The notes: generated by a model from the sequence alone, not told the origin. DNA of 64,000 bases from an uncultured bacterium (GCA_963710755.1 CAVQBK010000001.1:64001-128000), one strand, 5' to 3'; counted from the stretch's first letter, positions 1 to 11,231 are shown. A program made the numbers and translations.

Positions 1-47
1 GAGATTGGGTTGAGGGGTCCGCGTCAGAAGATAGAGGAGGTTGGCTT

Positions 48-524
48 ATGTCAGGCAAAGTTTACCTGACCCAGGAAGGGTTTGAAAAAATGCAGGAAGA
101 ATTGAATTACTTAAGAGGGCCCAAACGCCGTGAGATTACGGAAGCCATCAAGGTGGCACGGGAACACGGCGATTTATCGGAAAATGCAGAGTATGATGCA
201 GCCAAAGAAGAACAAGCCAAGCTGGAACTAAGGATCCAACAGCTGCAGACACAACTGGCCAGTGCTCAAATCATTGACCGCTCCAACATCCCTGAAGGGA
301 AAGTTTCAGTAGGGCAAAAAGTCAAAGTTAAAGATCTGGGCAACGATGATATTTACGAATACACCATGGTGGTCCCGGCAGAAGCTGATTTTGATGCCGG
401 CAAACTCTCGGCCACTTCGCCTATCGGGAAGGGGTTGATCGGTCATGTCATTGGCGAAGTCATTGAAATTAAAATTCCGGCGGGCCTGAAAAAATACGAA
501 ATTCTGGATATTGTTTTGGCATAA
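48..524 (+). CDS. greA: Transcription elongation factor GreA
   Basis: LT.EG..K...EL..L start, HGDLSENAEYDAAK motif, SP.GKGL.G C-terminal motif; GGAGG SD upstream. Confidence 0.97.
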   Translation: MSGKVYLTQEGFEKMQEELNYLRGPKRREITEAIKVAREHGDLSENAEYDAAKEEQAKLELRIQQLQTQLASAQIIDRSNIPEGKVSVGQKVKVKDLGNDDIYEYTMVVPAEADFDAGKLSATSPIGKGLIGHVIGEVIEIKIPAGLKKYEILDIVLA

Positions 525-597
525 GGAAAATTGATTGTAAGGGCTGCTCTTACAACGCCCATGGTACCGGCCAACGGTTTGGTTGGCAGGCTGATTT

Positions 598-1707
598 TCA
601 ACGGTGGGCTTTGGTCATCAGCCATATACCGATAGCGGCAAACACGGCATTGGCCACCCATACCGAAACCAGCGGCGAGAACATGCCATTTTTACCAAAT
701 GAGGACCCTACCGCGATAAAGCCGATATAAAAGAAGCCGGTGATAATGGTAATCACAAAACCAATAGCCGTCCAGACAATGCTGCGACGTCCGGTGGGGA
801 AAACAAAGGGCAATGAAACGCCCAACAGCGCCAGGATGAAATTGGCAAAGGGGAAGGCGATTTTCAGGTGAAAATTGACTTCTTCTTTTCTGGGGTCAAT
901 GCCGGTTTCCTTTAAAAGCCGGATCTGGTAGCTTAATTCACGCAATGGTGTGGACAGCAGTTGGTCGTCTTTTTTTTCCTGACGAATAAATTCCTTGGGC
1001 AGTTCCCGAAAAGGCAGTGCCAGGCTTGAAAAACGGTTATAGCCGATCATGCGGGCCTGTTCGTCGAAGCGTCTTATAACCCCGCTTAGAAAAATCCAAT
1101 GTCCTTTCACCCACTGTGCGGCCGGGGCATCAATTCTGCTTTCCAATTGCAGCTCGTCCCGAAATTTTAAGAGGGTCACATCCTTCATGGTGCCGGTCTG
1201 GGCATCCAAGTGATGAGCGTGCAGGATTCTCTTGCCTGACACACTGCGCGTCACCCAATCACGTTGCAAGCGCAGCGATTCCTCGTCCTTATGTTCAATA
1301 GAGACCCGTTTGATGCGGCTGGCCCGTGGATTGGTATAGGGGATTACCAGCTCGTTGAAAACCAGAACCACAGCCACTAGAACCAGAGAAACAGCTAAAA
1401 TAGGGGAAACCATCCGGAAGAACCCAATACCGCAGCTGCGCATGGCAATGAGCTCATTTTGCCTGGCCAATTGACCCAGCGAGAACAAGGAAGCCAGCAA
1501 GATGGAAAGAGGCAGGATTTGCACCAAGAAGTAGGGCACGCGATAAAGGTAATAAAGCACAATTAATATCAAATCCGGCTTGTGGTTGACAAAGGAACGC
1601 ATTTCATCGACCATCTGGGAAATGATATACAATCCCACAAAGACCAAAATGGTGAAGAACAGCGGTTTGAGGAATTCTTTTAAAATATATTTGGAAAGCG
1701 TATTCAT
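598..1707 (-). CDS. lptG: LPS export ABC transporter permease LptG
   Basis: LptF/LptG family (KYILKEFL, L.RQNEL.AM..CGI, KIAFPFA). Start set at MNTL (1707), which has an AGGAG SD, rather than the ORF start at 1746. Confidence 0.88.
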   Translation of the reverse strand: MNTLSKYILKEFLKPLFFTILVFVGLYIISQMVDEMRSFVNHKPDLILIVLYYLYRVPYFLVQILPLSILLASLFSLGQLARQNELIAMRSCGIGFFRMVSPILAVSLVLVAVVLVFNELVIPYTNPRASRIKRVSIEHKDEESLRLQRDWVTRSVSGKRILHAHHLDAQTGTMKDVTLLKFRDELQLESRIDAPAAQWVKGHWIFLSGVIRRFDEQARMIGYNRFSSLALPFRELPKEFIRQEKKDDQLLSTPLRELSYQIRLLKETGIDPRKEEVNFHLKIAFPFANFILALLGVSLPFVFPTGRRSIVWTAIGFVITIITGFFYIGFIAVGSSFGKNGMFSPLVSVWVANAVFAAIGIWLMTKAHR

Positions 1708-1711
1708 TGGA

Positions 1712-2902
1712 CTAACTCCTGCGGGCGGTGGAACGCCGGATAACATGCTGCACCCAACGTTGGTGCAGAGTGGTGAAAAAAGGAGCCTTTTCCAGAATCA
1801 CCCAAGCCAGGCTATAGGTCCCGGCAGCCACCAGGATTAAATTAGGCAGCCACATGGATAAAAAGGGCGGCATTTTTCCGTTGGCGCCAAAAGTCTCGCC
1901 CAGGGAAATAAAAATATAGTAGATGAAAATCAGCAGCACACCGATGAAATAGGAAAAATATTTTCCCGAACGGGGTGCCAGAATGCCCAAAGGCGCCCCG
2001 ATTAAAAAGAAAGCGAAACAGGCAAAGGGAATGGATGTTTTTTTAAAGTATTCCACCCATAACAGCCGGATGTCGTCGCCGGTTTGCCGCCGTCTGTTGA
2101 TTTCGCTTTTGATCTGCGCCATCGTCATTTCCCGGGCACTGCGCGATGCGTTTCGGTCGGGATTGGCTAATTCACGATTAATATCCAGATCCAGAAAGTT
2201 GGTGCGGAAATCAATTTGAGAGAAGTCCTGGAGGTCCTCACGCTGGACAATTTGCATATAGCCGTCTTCCAGCTTGAGCATTACCCGGTGGTTTTGCTCA
2301 TCGCTGATCAGTTGGCCCCGCTTGGCCACAATCGTCCGGAAGTTCTTGTCTTTTTTTTGATCGCGTACAAACACCACCACGTCTTTAAGCTCACCGGTAA
2401 TGGGATTTTTTTCTCCTACCCGGAATACATAACCGTCGAAATCTTCGACAAAAACATGGTCTTCAATAACAATGGCGGCCCGTTGACTGACGATTTTAAA
2501 ATATAGATCGCGGTAGGCGTAATTGGCATAGGGCAGGGCGGTGTTGTTGAAGACGATCATGGCCACGGTCAAAAGAGCACCCAGGCCAAGGGTGGCGCCC
2601 ACCAAGGGCAGCAGGGAGATGCCGGAGGCTTTCATGGCGGTCAGCTCATTGTCACTTTTTAAACGCGAAAACGCCACCATGACCGCCACCAAGCAAGCCA
2701 TGGGAATAGTGATGGCAAAAGTCGAGGGCAAAATGAAAAACAGCAGCTTGGCTACGGTGAACACGGACACACCGTATTTAACGATCAAATCGGTGAGCGT
2801 GAAAATCCGATCCATGACCAGAATAAAGGAAAACACGGTCAGACCCATTAAAAAGGGAAAAGCCAATTCTTTTAGTACATAGCGATAGAGGGTTTTCATC
2901 AA
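1712..2902 (-). CDS. lptF: LPS export ABC transporter permease LptF
   Basis: LYRYVLKEL..PF, RL.SDNELTAMKASGISL, SIPFAC..F..IG.PLG, W.PN; directly upstream of the lptG-like gene. Confidence 0.88.
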   Translation of the reverse strand: MMKTLYRYVLKELAFPFLMGLTVFSFILVMDRIFTLTDLIVKYGVSVFTVAKLLFFILPSTFAITIPMACLVAVMVAFSRLKSDNELTAMKASGISLLPLVGATLGLGALLTVAMIVFNNTALPYANYAYRDLYFKIVSQRAAIVIEDHVFVEDFDGYVFRVGEKNPITGELKDVVVFVRDQKKDKNFRTIVAKRGQLISDEQNHRVMLKLEDGYMQIVQREDLQDFSQIDFRTNFLDLDINRELANPDRNASRSAREMTMAQIKSEINRRRQTGDDIRLLWVEYFKKTSIPFACFAFFLIGAPLGILAPRSGKYFSYFIGVLLIFIYYIFISLGETFGANGKMPPFLSMWLPNLILVAAGTYSLAWVILEKAPFFTTLHQRWVQHVIRRSTARRS

Positions 2903-4470
2903 GGTTGCCCCGTTTGGGTTTTTGGTTTTAAATGATAACAGAAAACGATTTTGATGGTTCTGATCCTTTCATGACCATCGGTGATCTCTATATCAGGCAG
3001 CACCACTATCCGATTGAAAAACTGTCTGACATGATCTACTTCCCATTGGTTTTCGCAAACATAGACCGCATTGTGCCCCACCAACCGGTCCCGATGATCC
3101 CAAATCTGAAATTGGTTATTGGCCGGGTCATGGCGGGCCAATAATTGGACCTGGGGATGGCCGGGTGTGTAAAACCAGAGGATACCTGCTATTTGATATC
3201 GCCGGGCAGCCAAAAAAACAGGCGTATCGCTTTGTTTCTGCAATTCCCGCAGACAGATTCCGGTCTGGAGGCCCACTTCGCGCCATCCACGAATACGATT
3301 GGCGGAATCAGCGGCCCTGCCGGTAAGCGGCAAAAACGGATGCAGCACCTGCAGGTGAGCTGTTGCAGTAAAAATGAACGATACGATCAATGTGGCATTC
3401 AGCCATTTTCTGGTGCGTTCTGCAACCGGACTCTGCAACAAGCTGTCCGTCCAGCCGGCCAGGAGCATTAAAGCCGCCAAGTAAGCCGGCGCCGGCCAAT
3501 TGGCATAAACCTCGGTTTTAAAAGATAGCAGGAAAAAGAACAACAAAGTTGGTGCAGAGAAGGAAAAAAGCCACAAATAGGAGGTCGCATGGACTGATTT
3601 TTTACGCCATTGTTGCCATCCGATCAGGGGAGCGGCCAGACAGAAAATACCCATCAGCGGTGACAGAACCCCCAGTTGGCCAACCAGAAAATCGCCTACT
3701 GATTTAAGCCGGAACCAAGACTGTTGATGCACGCCGCCAAGGTCGCCGATGTGGTTGAAGGAGGCCCAGTGATGGGCAATATTCCAGAATACGATGGGTG
3801 AGACCAAAGCAGCAGTCAGCACGCCGGCCAGGTATAAATAGGGTTTCTTCCAGAACGGACGCGCCTGGGGGGAGAGTACCAAGAACAACAGCAGGCCAGG
3901 CACAAACAGGGCCATGGTATATTTGGAGAGCCCTCCCAGTCCCAGCATGAGTGCGCCCCCAAGCCAGCCCCAAGACCAGTTTTCCACCACCGCCCGGTAA
4001 AAAAAGTAAAGCGCAGCCATCCAAAACATGACCATGATGCTGTCATGCATCATTAAAAGGGCACCTGCTGAAAAGAGCAGTGTGACCGTTAGGCCCAGAA
4101 ATGCCAACCAACCGGCACGTTCACTTTGAAATAATTTTTTAGTGGTAAAAAAAATGAGCGCTGAACTAACCACAGACAAAGCCACGGATCCCAGGCGCAC
4201 CGACCATTCGCTAATATGGCCGGCCAGCAGGGTAAAGGCCTTAATGACAAGGGCCAACATGGGACCTTGGTCATAATAAGACCAGTCCAAATGCTGCGAC
4301 CAAGTCCAATAATAAGCTTCATCAGGCGCCAATTCAAAACGTCCGATAATCAGAAGCCTGAAAACAGTAATTAAAGCCAAGGTGAGATAAAACTTGGTGG
4401 TCGGGGTTAATTTCAAAACAAACTCCTCAGAATTGGTGAAATCCATAGGGATGAAACCAAGGATAATCAA
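2899..4470 (-). CDS. GT-C fold membrane glycosyltransferase (ArnT/PMT-like, GT39/GT83)
   Basis: PDEAYYWTWS.HLDWSYYDQGP motif, LSKYT motif, many TM helices; start uncertain; overlaps the lptF start. Confidence 0.85.
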   Translation of the reverse strand: MIILGFIPMDFTNSEEFVLKLTPTTKFYLTLALITVFRLLIIGRFELAPDEAYYWTWSQHLDWSYYDQGPMLALVIKAFTLLAGHISEWSVRLGSVALSVVSSALIFFTTKKLFQSERAGWLAFLGLTVTLLFSAGALLMMHDSIMVMFWMAALYFFYRAVVENWSWGWLGGALMLGLGGLSKYTMALFVPGLLLFLVLSPQARPFWKKPYLYLAGVLTAALVSPIVFWNIAHHWASFNHIGDLGGVHQQSWFRLKSVGDFLVGQLGVLSPLMGIFCLAAPLIGWQQWRKKSVHATSYLWLFSFSAPTLLFFFLLSFKTEVYANWPAPAYLAALMLLAGWTDSLLQSPVAERTRKWLNATLIVSFIFTATAHLQVLHPFLPLTGRAADSANRIRGWREVGLQTGICLRELQKQSDTPVFLAARRYQIAGILWFYTPGHPQVQLLARHDPANNQFQIWDHRDRLVGHNAVYVCENQWEVDHVRQFFNRIVVLPDIEITDGHERIRTIKIVFCYHLKPKTQTGQP

Positions 4471-4812
4471 CCGGAAAACAGGAAATGGTATTTTTAAAGG
4501 CGATCATATTGTCAGGAATTTTACTAAAACCGCCGTTAATATACAATGAACAAATATAAAACCTCTTATTTTTAAGGTTAATAGAGAATAAACTTGCCAC
4601 GCCCTATGCGGTTGGGGATAATGATAGACACTGTTTAGGGGAATTATCATCAATGATATTTTGAAAGGTTATTTGTAAGAAGGAAATTATCAATCCCATA
4701 ATCAAGAATATACAAGAATATATAAGTGGCCTGAGCCGCCATTAAAATAGGTTTCCATTTGGGTCACGCCATGAGTGATCATGCCTTGCCAGAGGTGTAG
4801 TGCAATTGGAGG

Positions 4813-7800
4813 ATGTTCTTGAAACAGATCTTGAAGGTTAGTGTTGGAATAACGTCCATATTATTCCTTGCTGTCATATGGAGTTGGTCTTTTGGCTGGG
4901 CCGCGGAAACGCCGGCTTCAGGTCCCTTGGCTGAGACGATTACAGTGCCAAAGAACGATCCTGTTGATGTTCAGGGAAATAGCCCCGTTGCCTCCGGCAG
5001 CGGCAATTCTATCGGCGCAACATCGACGGTTGTCAACAGCAGGCTGATGCCACCTACCGGTGTGGAAGCCCGCAGTGGCGGAGACCGGGTTTTGATCGCC
5101 TGGGAGCCGGCCCCACCGGCAGGAAACAACAAACTCAGCTATCAATTATTCCGGGCTGAAAGCCCGTTGAGCGGTTACTGGGATAAGACCTGGCCTGCAC
5201 CGCTCAATCCATCACCACTAAGGGTAGAATATTTTCTGGATATGCCCGGTTTCTCCAGTAGCCCACCGGAAAAGGGAAAAACCTACTACTACAGCCTCAT
5301 CAGTGTGGATGGCCAAGGTAATTCCTCCGCTGCAAGTGCACCGCTTAAAGTCCTTAATATTCCCATGCTTTGTGAACCTGGGGCCGTAGAGGCAACAGCC
5401 GGCAACCAGTCGGTGCATCTCAAATGGCTGCCTTCCTTTTCCGGCGGAGAGTTCGGCTTATGTGGTTATATGATTTTCCGTTCCACGGAAAAAGGCCAAC
5501 TGGGATCACCCTTGTTTACAGAACCGATCAAAACCGAGGACTATACCGACCGCGGGGACAACCAGCAAGGATTGGTCAATGGCAAAACCTATTACTACAC
5601 CTTTTTTTCCGAAGACAATGCGGGCAACCGTTCCCAAGTCCCCGTGGTGGTGAAGGCCACGCCCTTTGCACCGCCAACCTCTCCGCTGCAGATCAATGCC
5701 ACCCCCAAATCGGATGATATGATCACCCTGACTTGGTCACCTTCCACGGCCGGCAGCTATGGGCTCAAAGGCTATCAAATCTATCGTAAAAGTGATAAGG
5801 AAACCGAATTTGGCGCACCCATTAACAAAACCCTGGTGATTGGAACCACCTTTGTGGATTCAGAAGAAAACAGTATTTCCAAACCTATCCTGGGGCGGGA
5901 GTATACCTATGTGGTAAGGGCTGTGGATACCCAGGACCATGAGAGTCCTCCTTCGGAAGGGGCTGTGGCTTCACCGCTTACACCTATTGCCATACCCAAA
6001 CAGGGCATTCTTTCCACCGCTATTCCCGGTCTGCCGCCGGATTCGTCGTTGACCATCTCGGGCCGCAAGAAAATTGATATTGGGTACACGGATATTATCA
6101 GTTTGAGTGAGTCCGAAAATGCTAATCCTGTGCCTTCTTTGGGGTCGGGCCTGACCGATGGATTTAATCTGGAGCAGGAGTTGCAGGTGCGTCTGGAAGG
6201 CAAGGTGGGCAAAAAAATAACGGTGGATGTGGATTATGACGACACCCAGGAAGAGCAGCGCAAAATTTCCATTCAATACGCCGGCGATCCTGATGAAGTG
6301 GTTCAGGAAGCGGCTTTTGGAGATATCAATCTCGATTTGGATAAGACGGAATTTGCAGGCTATAACAAGAACCTCTTCGGTGCCAAAGTCAAGGTGGGCT
6401 ACAATGGCTTTAACCTGACCGCCATCGGCGCCCAAACCAAGGGCATTACAGTGACTGAAAGCTTCCAAGGCAATACCTCGCCCAAGAAGATTGATATTGC
6501 GGATACCAGTTTTGTGGCTTATAAATATTATTATTTGACCAAGGATTGGCCCAACCAGGTTAACCATTACGACTTACCTATTTACGCCTCCAAACAAGCT
6601 TTTTACAGCGATAGCAACCCCAACCAAAAAATTCATGGTATTGTGCCGCAATCAGTGGAAATTTGGGTGCGCGACGGCTTGAATGATACCAATTCGCGGG
6701 CAGCGAGCAACACCACGACCGCCAATATTTTCTTCAACCGGTTTTCTCCGGGTATTGACTACACCGTGGATTACCAGGTTGGCGTGATTAATTTCACCAG
6801 GCCCATCACCCGGACCTGGTCCATTGCGGTAGCTTACCGCTACAGAGACGCCAATGATGTGGAGCATAGCGTGGGCTACGATCCCAATGGACAGATCAAC
6901 CTGGATTACGCTACCTTGCAAGTACCTGTTGATGGTAAGACTTCGGATAGTGCTCATTTGATCCAGGATTACAACACCAATGATCCCAATTTATCGAAAA
7001 ATTACATTATGATGCTGATGCAGCGCTATAACCTGGGGTATCAGAATATCGTTGATCCTCAGAGCGACCGCGAATTTGTCATCAAAATTTACAAAAGCAA
7101 CGGAGAGGAATATCCTTTGCCACTGCCGACAGATACCTTGAATGCAGAGAAAATATACAGTATTGATCCAACTTTTGGCACTATTTCTTTCCGCCATGAT
7201 TATCCCTTCACAGCCAATACCCTGCAGGATCCATCCCTGCGCTACAAATCGGACATTTATAATAATGGTCTGGAAGACGCCTACAGTTCGGTCTACAACA
7301 CCACTTTGGGCGGCAGCAACAACAGTATTGCCAATAATATTTCCATTCATGTTGAATTTAAAAATACCATTTCCACTTTTAATCTCTCCCACTGGAATGT
7401 CATCAAGGATTCAGAGGTGATCCGTAAAGACGGCCTGAAAATGCAGCGTAATACCGATTACTTCATCGATTACGACACCGGGTTCATTACTTTCCTTAAC
7501 CCCGACAGTATTGCCAGCAGCAGTGACATCAGCATCACCTATGAATATCTGCCTTTTGGTGGCAAATACCAGACCAATTTATTCGGCGCACGGGCGGAAT
7601 ACGATATCATCGACAAACGGCTGACCATAGGCTCCACCTTTTTGTACAACGCCAGCCAAACGCCGATGGACATTCCTGATGTAAATTCAGCCCCCACTTC
7701 CTTGGCCATCTATGATGGTGATGTGCAGCTAAATCTGAATCCCAAGGATTTTTCAGATATGCTCAATCCTTTAGTGGGAGAGACTAAAATACCACTTTCG

Positions 7801-10800
7801 CTTAATGTCTCCGCTGAAGGTGCCTACAGCCACTATGAATTGAACACCTACCGTAAATCCGGAGAAGACGGTGTAGCCATGGTGGATAACATGGAGGGGT
7901 CGGACAATATTCTGTCCTTGCCCGTGGGGGCCAATGCCAATAATATCTGGTCCCCCTCCAGCCTGCCTTCCACCGGGAATTATCCCGATCCTATTGACCG
8001 CGATTATATCCGGCAATCGGTGGTATATGAATATGGCCGCACGCCCGTGGATAGCAATGACAAGAAACATCAGCTCCGCTGGGCTTATAATGGTCTTAAC
8101 AGCAACCGCTGGGATGGTTTTGTCTACCCGCTTAACAGTGCGGGCTCTAATTTGCATGAGTACCGCTTCCTGGAAATGGTCATTTATTCATCGGCAGCAG
8201 CAGCCAACACAGTCAAACTCAACGTAGATCTGGGGCTGGTCAGCGAGGATGCCAACAACAACGGCAAACTCAATTTTGAAGGCGACCGCCAGAAAAAACT
8301 CGAAGGCTATGACGTCGGTCCGATTAATACCATCGTGGGTTACGACCCTCTTACCAATCAGCCAATTATTGGCCCTGATCAGACCGCCGGTGTGAGGGGG
8401 GAAGGGATTTATCCGCAGGGCGCGCCCACCGGTTATTGGGGTGACGGCAACGGCCAGTTGGACAATGAGGACATGGACAATAACGATCAGCTGGACACAG
8501 TTGAAAGCTATTATGAATACAGCATTAATCTGCAACCGGGTTGGAATATTTACAAAATCCCGCTAAGCGGCTTTACCACCACCAGTGGTGCGGTCAATAT
8601 CAACCCCCAGGATCAGACGTTTATGAGTTTTGTCAAACATGTGCGCATGTGGATGACAGGTCAGACTTCGGCAGATCAGAGTGGGTACGTGCAGTTTGAA
8701 TCCATCAGCCTGACAGGGAACAAATGGCAGCCCATGGTGGCGCCAGGAGCAGTGGATGCGTTGGGCAATTCCATTAGCGCCGTACCTTCCAATAAAATCA
8801 ATGCCACGGCTATCAGCCTGGAGACGGACAGCCACTATGTGCCTAATACCTTTTTCTACATCATTGATGAATTGCAAAATGAACAACAGCAGTTGCTCAA
8901 CGAAAAATCTCTGAAATTGGAATATGATTTGACCAGTCAGGATGTGACCGATCCTGCGGATAGCCAATGTAACACGCCGGCCTATTACTTTACCCGCACC
9001 TTAACCACGGCCAGTCAGGGGTATGATTACTCCCGATACCGGTATTTGCGGCTTGATATCTATAAGCAAACCCAGACGGCGGCCGGCGAATATGTCTTTG
9101 TGCGTCTGGGTATTGATGACAACAATTATTATGAATACCGCGTGCCATTGGACCAGGTGCAACCCATGAGCGCTTGGCATACGGTGACTCTGGAATTGGA
9201 TGGCCGCGATGGAGAACGGCGGGAAGTGTTCGGGGAGAACATCCTGCGAGGACTCAATAATATCAAAACCATCTCCATGGGAGTGTATAATCCCAATGCC
9301 ACCGCTGCGCTTGAGTCCATTTGGATCAACAATCTGCGCGTTACCGGCGCCCGTTCCAAGCAAGGCATGGCCTATCGCATAAGCACCTCCACTAAATGGG
9401 GCGACGTTTTTACCATTCGTACAGACCATCGCGACGTGGATTCCGACTTCTTCACTATCGATGAAACGCCGGTGGGCAAGCAGCGTCAGGTCAGCGAATT
9501 GGTGGCGGGAACGATGACCAAGTTTAGTTTTATGCCGGTGGATGTGAGCTGGTCCAGAAACGAAAGTTATACGGAGCAGGATAACCGCGATGATTTTTCC
9601 TACTCCAATAATTTTTCCACCCCCGATCTTACCACCGAAACTTTTGCGGGCAACCTCGGCTACAGCCAGATCCCCGGATTGGACATATCCGTTCACACCA
9701 ATCGCAGCCGCAGTGTTCGTGAATATATTGTCCAGCGCACCCAGCCCAACAGCATTGAAGAGACGTCCTCGGTTAATCCCCAGGTTTCTTACTCCTTGCC
9801 GGACCGGCTATTTAATGTGCCTATAGGAACAACCACGATTAGCGGTAAGGTAACCTATACGGACACGCACACCATGTATAATCAGGCGGATGTGGACAGC
9901 CTGGACAACAGCACCACGGCCAGCGATGCTTATTATTCCCGCTGGCAGCACAGTTTGGAAGAGAGCTATACCTATTCCGGCAATTATTCGCCTATCCGGT
10001 TCGTACGCCTCACCCCGCAGTTTACTTATTCACGGACACGTAATCGCGGGTTTCTGTCGCTTTACCGTTATTATTATAGGGATAATTATGATCTGAATTC
10101 GCAGGGCCGCTATTATTCCGATGATTACCGGGATGCCCATTTGAACAAGATTGCCAAATTAAATGTCAACATCAGCAGCATTCCTGTGTTCTCGCCATCC
10201 CTAAGCTATACCATGACCAATGACCGCGATTATATCCAGGACTCGCTGTCCACGCCGGGGACGTTGAGCATCCAGTCGGGTATTAATCTGGGGGATATTC
10301 TGGGATGGAATGCTTTCCCGCAACTTAATTTCACCGAAACCTATTCCCGGTCGGCCACTTTTAAATATGAACAGGATAATCAAACTATCGATCAGCTGGA
10401 TTTTCAGGACATGTGGCTTATCAATTTCGTGAATTTCCAGGACGATAATGAAAAGTTAAACAATGCTTACATCAATTCCAGAAAGAAGACGGATAGCCTG
10501 ACTGCCAACATCAATTTTATCCCCAATGTCACCCTGTCGCCGCAATATTCCACCAGCTGGACTAAAAACATGAATACCAGGGATAACTATATCACCACCG
10601 AGACCGAATCCCTGGGGGGGACGTTCAATTGGACCAAGGTGCCCTCTTTTGACTGGCTGGCCTTTCAAACGCTTAATTTGGACTATCGTTATGATTTGAA
10701 CCAACAGTTGAATGCCAAAAACATTATTTCCACCAAGAACACGACCCACACCACGACTCTGACTATTCCTTTCCGTTTGACCAGTGATTTAGGCGGTACA

Positions 10801-11229
10801 TTAACGGGAAAATTGATCAATGAACGACAAGCTTCAGGAGATGCGTTGAATAAAGAACTGTTGGAAAATGAATATAATGCCGGCATTTCCTTTAATTACA
10901 ATCTCAACATGGTGGACCCTATCCGGCTGCCCAATTTCTGGCCTTTTAACGGCGCGCTGATGAAGTTGGAACAGACCTTGAGACTTACCAACTATTTCAA
11001 TATCAAATTCACCAACAATCAGGAATACTTTAATCATAAACTCTTAGAAACCTCTCTTTACAAAAAGGATATCACGGAGTATTCCAATGACACGACCATT
11101 AATTATTCGCTCTGGCGTAATGTAGAAGGGGACATCAAACTGACGAATCAATGGTACTTTGACAAAGTAGAACCAAGCCATAACTATTATGCCATCAGTC
11201 TTAAAGCAGGCATCACAGCCATTTTTTAA
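4813..11229 (+). CDS. SprA-like large outer-membrane protein (T9SS translocon-like) with N-terminal fibronectin type III repeats
   Basis: Signal peptide; three FN3-like repeats (W..., Y.IYR, YYY...VD..GN.S); SprA-like LEQELQV.LEGKVGKKITVDVDYDD; DY.IDY..G.I.F repeats; acidic DNEDMDNNDQLD loop; amphipathic beta-rich C-terminus ending in Phe. Confidence 0.75.
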   Translation: MFLKQILKVSVGITSILFLAVIWSWSFGWAAETPASGPLAETITVPKNDPVDVQGNSPVASGSGNSIGATSTVVNSRLMPPTGVEARSGGDRVLIAWEPAPPAGNNKLSYQLFRAESPLSGYWDKTWPAPLNPSPLRVEYFLDMPGFSSSPPEKGKTYYYSLISVDGQGNSSAASAPLKVLNIPMLCEPGAVEATAGNQSVHLKWLPSFSGGEFGLCGYMIFRSTEKGQLGSPLFTEPIKTEDYTDRGDNQQGLVNGKTYYYTFFSEDNAGNRSQVPVVVKATPFAPPTSPLQINATPKSDDMITLTWSPSTAGSYGLKGYQIYRKSDKETEFGAPINKTLVIGTTFVDSEENSISKPILGREYTYVVRAVDTQDHESPPSEGAVASPLTPIAIPKQGILSTAIPGLPPDSSLTISGRKKIDIGYTDIISLSESENANPVPSLGSGLTDGFNLEQELQVRLEGKVGKKITVDVDYDDTQEEQRKISIQYAGDPDEVVQEAAFGDINLDLDKTEFAGYNKNLFGAKVKVGYNGFNLTAIGAQTKGITVTESFQGNTSPKKIDIADTSFVAYKYYYLTKDWPNQVNHYDLPIYASKQAFYSDSNPNQKIHGIVPQSVEIWVRDGLNDTNSRAASNTTTANIFFNRFSPGIDYTVDYQVGVINFTRPITRTWSIAVAYRYRDANDVEHSVGYDPNGQINLDYATLQVPVDGKTSDSAHLIQDYNTNDPNLSKNYIMMLMQRYNLGYQNIVDPQSDREFVIKIYKSNGEEYPLPLPTDTLNAEKIYSIDPTFGTISFRHDYPFTANTLQDPSLRYKSDIYNNGLEDAYSSVYNTTLGGSNNSIANNISIHVEFKNTISTFNLSHWNVIKDSEVIRKDGLKMQRNTDYFIDYDTGFITFLNPDSIASSSDISITYEYLPFGGKYQTNLFGARAEYDIIDKRLTIGSTFLYNASQTPMDIPDVNSAPTSLAIYDGDVQLNLNPKDFSDMLNPLVGETKIPLSLNVSAEGAYSHYELNTYRKSGEDGVAMVDNMEGSDNILSLPVGANANNIWSPSSLPSTGNYPDPIDRDYIRQSVVYEYGRTPVDSNDKKHQLRWAYNGLNSNRWDGFVYPLNSAGSNLHEYRFLEMVIYSSAAAANTVKLNVDLGLVSEDANNNGKLNFEGDRQKKLEGYDVGPINTIVGYDPLTNQPIIGPDQTAGVRGEGIYPQGAPTGYWGDGNGQLDNEDMDNNDQLDTVESYYEYSINLQPGWNIYKIPLSGFTTTSGAVNINPQDQTFMSFVKHVRMWMTGQTSADQSGYVQFESISLTGNKWQPMVAPGAVDALGNSISAVPSNKINATAISLETDSHYVPNTFFYIIDELQNEQQQLLNEKSLKLEYDLTSQDVTDPADSQCNTPAYYFTRTLTTASQGYDYSRYRYLRLDIYKQTQTAAGEYVFVRLGIDDNNYYEYRVPLDQVQPMSAWHTVTLELDGRDGERREVFGENILRGLNNIKTISMGVYNPNATAALESIWINNLRVTGARSKQGMAYRISTSTKWGDVFTIRTDHRDVDSDFFTIDETPVGKQRQVSELVAGTMTKFSFMPVDVSWSRNESYTEQDNRDDFSYSNNFSTPDLTTETFAGNLGYSQIPGLDISVHTNRSRSVREYIVQRTQPNSIEETSSVNPQVSYSLPDRLFNVPIGTTTISGKVTYTDTHTMYNQADVDSLDNSTTASDAYYSRWQHSLEESYTYSGNYSPIRFVRLTPQFTYSRTRNRGFLSLYRYYYRDNYDLNSQGRYYSDDYRDAHLNKIAKLNVNISSIPVFSPSLSYTMTNDRDYIQDSLSTPGTLSIQSGINLGDILGWNAFPQLNFTETYSRSATFKYEQDNQTIDQLDFQDMWLINFVNFQDDNEKLNNAYINSRKKTDSLTANINFIPNVTLSPQYSTSWTKNMNTRDNYITTETESLGGTFNWTKVPSFDWLAFQTLNLDYRYDLNQQLNAKNIISTKNTTHTTTLTIPFRLTSDLGGTLTGKLINERQASGDALNKELLENEYNAGISFNYNLNMVDPIRLPNFWPFNGALMKLEQTLRLTNYFNIKFTNNQEYFNHKLLETSLYKKDITEYSNDTTINYSLWRNVEGDIKLTNQWYFDKVEPSHNYYAISLKAGITAIF

Positions 11230-11231
11230 TA

